From the human T2T-CHM13v2.0 reference genome, Homo sapiens, in NCBI RefSeq assembly GCF_009914755.1, contig NC_060925.1: a stretch of DNA of 64,000 nt, one strand, 5' to 3'. A program made the position numbers and the translations under genes. Below are positions 58,559 through 64,000 of this stretch, in pieces (the first letter of the stretch is position 1; every line of letters starts with the position of its first letter). The notes under the pieces were generated by a model. That model had not been told where the DNA came from. It saw only the letters and a program-made list of their open reading frames with translations, and searched no databases.

Positions 58559-59249
58559 GTATAAATGAATACAAAAGTATTGCTGGAAAGGCATATGTTC
58601 AGGGTTAGAATATATTTAAAATGGTTTCATAGTTGAACTAATTTACATTCACACTAGCAGTGTATGAGCATTCCAGGTGCTCCACAAGCTCATCAAACTT
58701 TGATATTATTTGCCTCATTTTCATTTGGCAGATGTGTAGAGGTAACATACTATGATTTTAACGTCATAGAATTGAGCAGATTTTCATATGTTTATTAGCC
58801 ATTTGGACATCCTCTTTTGTTATTTTGTCATTCAAGTATGTAACTGTTTTTAACAATCTTTTGTCACAGTGATTTTTTAAAGATCTCTGTGTGTGTGTTT
58901 GCATTTTCTTGAATAGCTTCTTATATGATTATGGATATAATATTTGCATTTGTCCATTGAAAGACATTTAGGTTGTTTTCAATTTTTCAATATCTCTATG
59001 AACATTCCTATCTTTCGACAGCACATAATCTGTAGCTCATCCTTCAATACTTATCTCAGAGCCAAACTCATACACAAACCCAGTCTCCAGGACACTCTGT
59101 CTTAGCCCACGAGACATGTTAAAGACCTTAGAACAGTTTATGAACAGAGCATGTAGCATCGGCCTCCATTTTCTTCCCTAGGAATTCACTTTCAGAGTCT
59201 CTTTCATAGGCTAGTTCATGATGGACTTCTTTACTATGCTAGATCATTT

Positions 59250-61093
59250 ATCAGAATAAAAATTTGTTTATCTCATTCAAACATATCATCTCACACTACA
59301 TGGCCTCACAAAGAAAACAGCAGATCAAGGAATGATTCCTATTATTTTTCTGTAATATTTGGGTGGTTTTCAAAGGGTGGCTAAGACTATGCTGAGTCAT
59401 TGTCTGATCCTTTTGCAGTCATGATGATGATGGAAGTGATCTCTCACCTGTTGTATGGTAATACAAACTGAGATAGAGATTGTCATAGCAGCTTCTATAA
59501 TCTCCACTTTCAAATGCAAGTTATCCAAAAAAAAAAAAAACCATGTGTCAGTGTAGTTGATTTTACAGAGGACGAGAGGGTATCTTTTTTCCTAAGTTTT
59601 ATTTGCCCATCACAGCTTTGAAGGGAACCAAGAGCTCTTTACTCCACTGAAGCTCACCCCCTTTCTATCTTCCTGGCACTACTCTCTCCTCTGCCTATTC
59701 TATTTTCTTTTCTCTACTCACTATCTTTGCTTCCAGAATGAATCAAAATTTCTCTATCAAAACAATTTAGCATCTTTTTTTAATTACTTAGATTTCTGTT
59801 GACATGTACATCCTTGTATTCTCCCTTTCTGTTCCAGCAGACATATCAGTGAACTTAGAAATGTGCACCCTTTCCTCCCTATCAAGAATTGGGGATACTA
59901 TGTTAAAAAAAACCTTTGTTTTATCTTTTTATAATATCTTGTCCATGTATTTATTATGCTATAAGATAGAAGGGGCCATGTTTGGAAAATGAATTCAAAT
60001 AGAGCTCAGACACCTTCGCTTTGGAAACTCTATGGCAAAATATAACATTATTTTGCTAGAACAGAAGCTGACTTCTTAGAAATGAGCCAATTATAAAAGT
60101 AGCTCTTCATTGCTTTCAGTTTCAATCTGAAGTATGTTTACAGGAAATGCCATTTCAAGTAGCCTTGAATGACCTAAGGGATTGTTTTTCTGGCTGGAAA
60201 ACTTTTATACAAAGTGATTTTCAAACATAATGAGTGGAAATGTGTGCAATTTGGAGGGAATAAAGGGAGAAACATTATAGTTAAGAGCCTCAGCACCTCT
60301 CATTGCTGCTTTTCCAGAATAAATACATAGCTTTTAGCATTTTAAATCTTTCTACAAACAGCTGGCCATTTAAAAAAGCTGCAGCAGGGTCTATTTTGGG
60401 GGCTGATGGCATGGCCAGGAATCATTGTTTTTGGCCATCTTCAATTGATTTTCAGTGTAGTAATCATGGTGTGTGCTTTTTTAAAAACACAAACTAAGCC
60501 ATTCACCTTTTCTGCACAAAGGTCATAGAAGTTTCCTACTGCAGGTAGGGTAAAATCCTTTCCTCTCTGATTGCCTGCAAGATCTTACACAATCTGGCTT
60601 TTGCTCACCCCTCTCCTCATCCCACATAATCTCAGCTTCACCACATGAACCTTCATTCAGGACCAAACACATCAAGCTCTTTCTCAATAATTTTCCTTCA
60701 TTTATTTCCTAATTGTGCTTTTAGTAAAATTCATCTTAATTCTCATTTCCTGAGAGAAGGATCATTGGCCAGCTAATCTCAATTGGGCCAACACTTTTTC
60801 TCCTTTCTACACTTACTCATGGCACCCTGTATTAGTCCTTTACAATGCAGATAAGAAATTCAAATATTTCATTTGTTGGTGTTTAATTTGTTTAATATTT
60901 TATTTCTAATCTGAAAACCACATTATACTCAATGCCTTCCCATGCCTTTCACAGTGACCAGCAACCCATGGTCAATGGTCATACCTATGTATTTATTGAA
61001 TGACTCAATGCAATTAGTTTAAAAGTGCTCTCTTTGAGTTTGCCTTTATTGTTCTGTGCCTCAAAAGAAATCTCTATTTCTAAGAGATAAACG
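59250..61093. repeat. Ancient local duplication, copy B (paralog of 35310-37615)
   Basis: Colinear homology; continues briefly after the LTR at 61094-61549. Confidence 0.88.
60073..60146. promoter_or_regulatory. GAS-ISRE-GAS module, copy B
   Basis: TTCTTAGAA 60073-60081; CTTTCAGTTTC 60113-60123; TTACAGGAA 60138-60146. Confidence 0.7.
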
Positions 61094-61549
61094 TGTAAGG
61101 GATAATTGGAAGGATAGCTGAAAAAGGAATGAGGCCAGTAGACCTAAGTTCAGGCAAGCTGATTTATTGTCAGCCCTGCTGGGCTACTTCCTGACAAAAG
61201 CAGAGGAGGCAGCCCCACTTACAGACTACAGCAGGGCTTTATAGGGCAAGGAACTGGGTCAGGGTAGGGGAGTTGAGTTGGGTGTACAGAAGGGCTGAGT
61301 CGGGGTCGGGGAGCCGAGTTGGGTGTGGAGGTGTCTTGACTGCATCCTGGGAATGCTTTTGCCAGCTTTGTTATGCAAGGTGAACAGACACATTAACCAC
61401 ATCCTGTAACTGCCTGGACAAACAGTTACTGGCGGGGTCAGTGAAGGGTTTTTCTTTAGCCCTGGGGGAGCTGTGCAGAGGTCACAAAGGACTGCATCAT
61501 AAGACCCACTGGAAGGGAGGGGAACAGTCTGGTTGGGGTGACCCTAACA
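61094..61549 (-). mobile_element. ERV solo LTR (family not assigned)
   Basis: TG...CA termini, TSD AAA(C/T)G; the empty site is seen in paralog copy A near 37599-37610. Confidence 0.8.
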
Positions 61550-62170
61550 AAATGTATTATATAAAACCAAGTAATTTTAGAAACTTTTCTTAGATTTGTT
61601 TTGTTACATACTAGAGTTTTGAATTTTATTCTGAATAAATTGAATAAATAATTTATTGAATTATTAACATTATCCTGAATAAAAATAAAAGGAGAATTAT
61701 AATACACTTCTGAATCTGGAAGCACTTTGAATTAGATGACATGAAAATGTTCTAACCAGAAAATATTGAAAAAGATTAATAAAAATAGATACACTTACCT
61801 ACCCATTGATAAAGCAACATCAAACAAGAGACTGGGAAATTACCGTATGAGACAATGGATTAGATCACGTTAACTTTATCTTCTCCACAGAGAGTTAAGC
61901 AATTTAAACATTTTTTACGATAAAGAAGACATGGTCCTTAGACATTTTTAAGTGGCTCTCCCCTCAACCCTTTTTCCTAGCCTTTATGGCTGCCTAGACT
62001 CCAGAATACCTATTTTGAGACTAGCCATGTGATTGAATAGAGATGGTTCTAATTATGCCATCTCAGTGGTTTCCAATAGTAAAAGGGGGATGATTTTGCC
62101 CCCAAGTGACATTTGTCAATATCTCAAGACATATTCTGTTGTCACAACTGGGTTGGTTAACACCACAAGT

Positions 62171-64000
62171 GTTGCAAAACTTTCTCATTAGTTCAGCTAA
62201 AACTAGTCTCTTGACACACAGCCAGGAAAGACTAGGCTCACAGACACATAAAAGGGTGAGGAAAACAGAATTTATTGGACAAAAAGGAAAAAGGAAAAAT
62301 AACTCTCAGCAAAGAGAGAAGAGTCCTTCTAGTAGGTTTCTCACCTCTCAGATTGAATCCCAGTTCACTACATGGGAACAGGAGGGGCCAGGCTCCTCCC
62401 CACTGCAAATGGCATGAACTTCCCAAGGCTCTACCCCATCCTCCCAGTTCACAGGTGGACATCATTTAGAAATAATTAATTGGGAAAGGACGGGCTTCAT
62501 CTGGGACCAGCAGTCTGGTTTTTCAGCCTTCAGGCTGTTTTAGACTTGAAGGCAGGGTTTCACTGTGAACCCTTGGCTGTCTCATTCCCCCGTCTAAAGA
62601 AGTACATCTAATTGCCTTTAGTATAAGGATAAGAACAAAGACCAATCTTAACTGCTTCCTGATGACAAGGGATGCTGTTTTGGGAAAATGGCAGTCAGAT
62701 CTCCCCAAGAGACATATCTGAGGGTTCACAGCAAAAGGGGCCATTATCCGGGGCTCCAGTTGCATGATCATTTGGTATTTGATGGCCTAAAGGTGAGAAG
62801 AGACAAACTGGATTATTAGAAAACATGTATCAAAATGAAATAAGGGGGGTGAGGACAGCTAAAAAATCCTGAGGCCTTTTACCAGCTTATACAGGGAGAC
62901 GGGGTCCAAAAGCCCAATTGTTAAAAAAAAAAAAACTTTTACCATTTTGCTGGCATGTTGAGTTGCTGGGTTCCCATGCCCTGAGCCCAATCCTAAGCCA
63001 ACCAACTTAAGGTTTGGGAAATTAACTTTTCCCAGTTTGTAGGATGTGTTGAGGGGAGTGTCCCATAGTACAGAGACCCAATTATCAGTGAAGAGAGAAC
63101 AGAAGGAGAAAAAGGAAAAAAAGGAGTCTTTTTTTCAAAGGATTCCCAGGGGTTCAGGATGCATTCAAAAGGGGTACAGGCTGAAGATGAATGGCTTCTC
63201 ATCTAGAATGAGGTGAGTGAGGCATCCCTGGTTCCCTTCCCTTCCTAGCAAATACCTGGTGTACCTAAGGTAGGGAAAGTAAAGTGTTCCTCTTTCTTTC
63301 CTCCATCATTGTATCCTCGAGCTCCATTGACCATGACAGTGTGCCACCCATGGTTGTCAAAGTGGCTATCACCCATGTGAACAGGTGGCCTAGGGGGTGT
63401 GGGGTATCCACTTTTACCCATGTATGCCCTATCTCCCCTACTGTCAGTAGCCTTTGAATTTTCTAGACCTCATGTATGCCATGAATACTAACTTGACCTA
63501 TATCCGTGAAATGGGAGGCTTGGCTTAATCGATAGGAATCAGTCATACTCACCTGTGCTGCACCTTTTAACTTCCATCATTGTCTACCTCTGGATTCCTC
63601 AGATCCAATTTTCTTTCCTAGGGATTTGACCTGAATCTTGGAATTGAGTTTGGGACAAAAATGTGTCTCAGGGGGGTTGCATGGGCTCCTTATCATAAGC
63701 CAAATATTAAGGTGAAGCTGTGGACTTGAGTCCTCTTCCAACAAGGGAGAGAAAAGAATGTCTTGTGAAATGCCCAAATAACTGTTGGCTATAGTTGTGT
63801 TTGCTAAGATGAGGCTTGGCTTTGGTTAGCTCCCTTTGGTTTAGTATTATTGGTCTTTCCCAAAAAGGAAACCTCCATATGATGGGCAGTCTATTTATTC
63901 CCATCACCTGGCAGGGTTTGCGAGATAATTGCTCAGAACTAGAATACTGATCCAGATTATTACATTATTCATCCCCCTTGTTCCTTCTGAGCTGCAGTTG
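62171..64000 (-). mobile_element. MER61-like ERV1 LTR and internal sequence, preceded by a MER20 fragment (about 62085-62155)
   Basis: TGTTGCAAAACTTTCTCATTAGTTCAGCTAAA LTR end; purine-rich ERV1-int sequence running off the window. Confidence 0.6.

Overview
Primate (human-like) genomic DNA from the guanylate-binding protein cluster. The one intact protein-coding gene is GBP5 on the minus strand: 10 coding exons from 18914 to 10065, 1761 nt = 586 aa, with P-loop [16 protein letters not shown] and a C-terminal CaaX CVLL. All its introns are GT-AG, and one is U12-type. An LTR12/ERV9 solo LTR (21811-23248) upstream of GBP5 appears to have integrated exactly into a splice donor, just below an ISRE/NF-kB/GAS cluster. 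Further upstream are: a decayed GBP4/6/7-like gene (relics of exons 7, 9 and 10); two paralogous ~2 kb blocks that each keep a GAS-ISRE-GAS module; an IFTAP/C11orf74 retrocopy apparently made from an L1-spliced isoform; a degenerate ERV with pol and env remnants; several young inverted or tandem duplications; and many Alu, L1, MaLR, ERV and DNA-transposon copies. I found no evidence of a wholly new coding system. The novel-looking signals concern regulatory and transposon-driven remodelling of a GBP locus. Repeat subfamily names come from recalled consensus sequences and need RepeatMasker confirmation.
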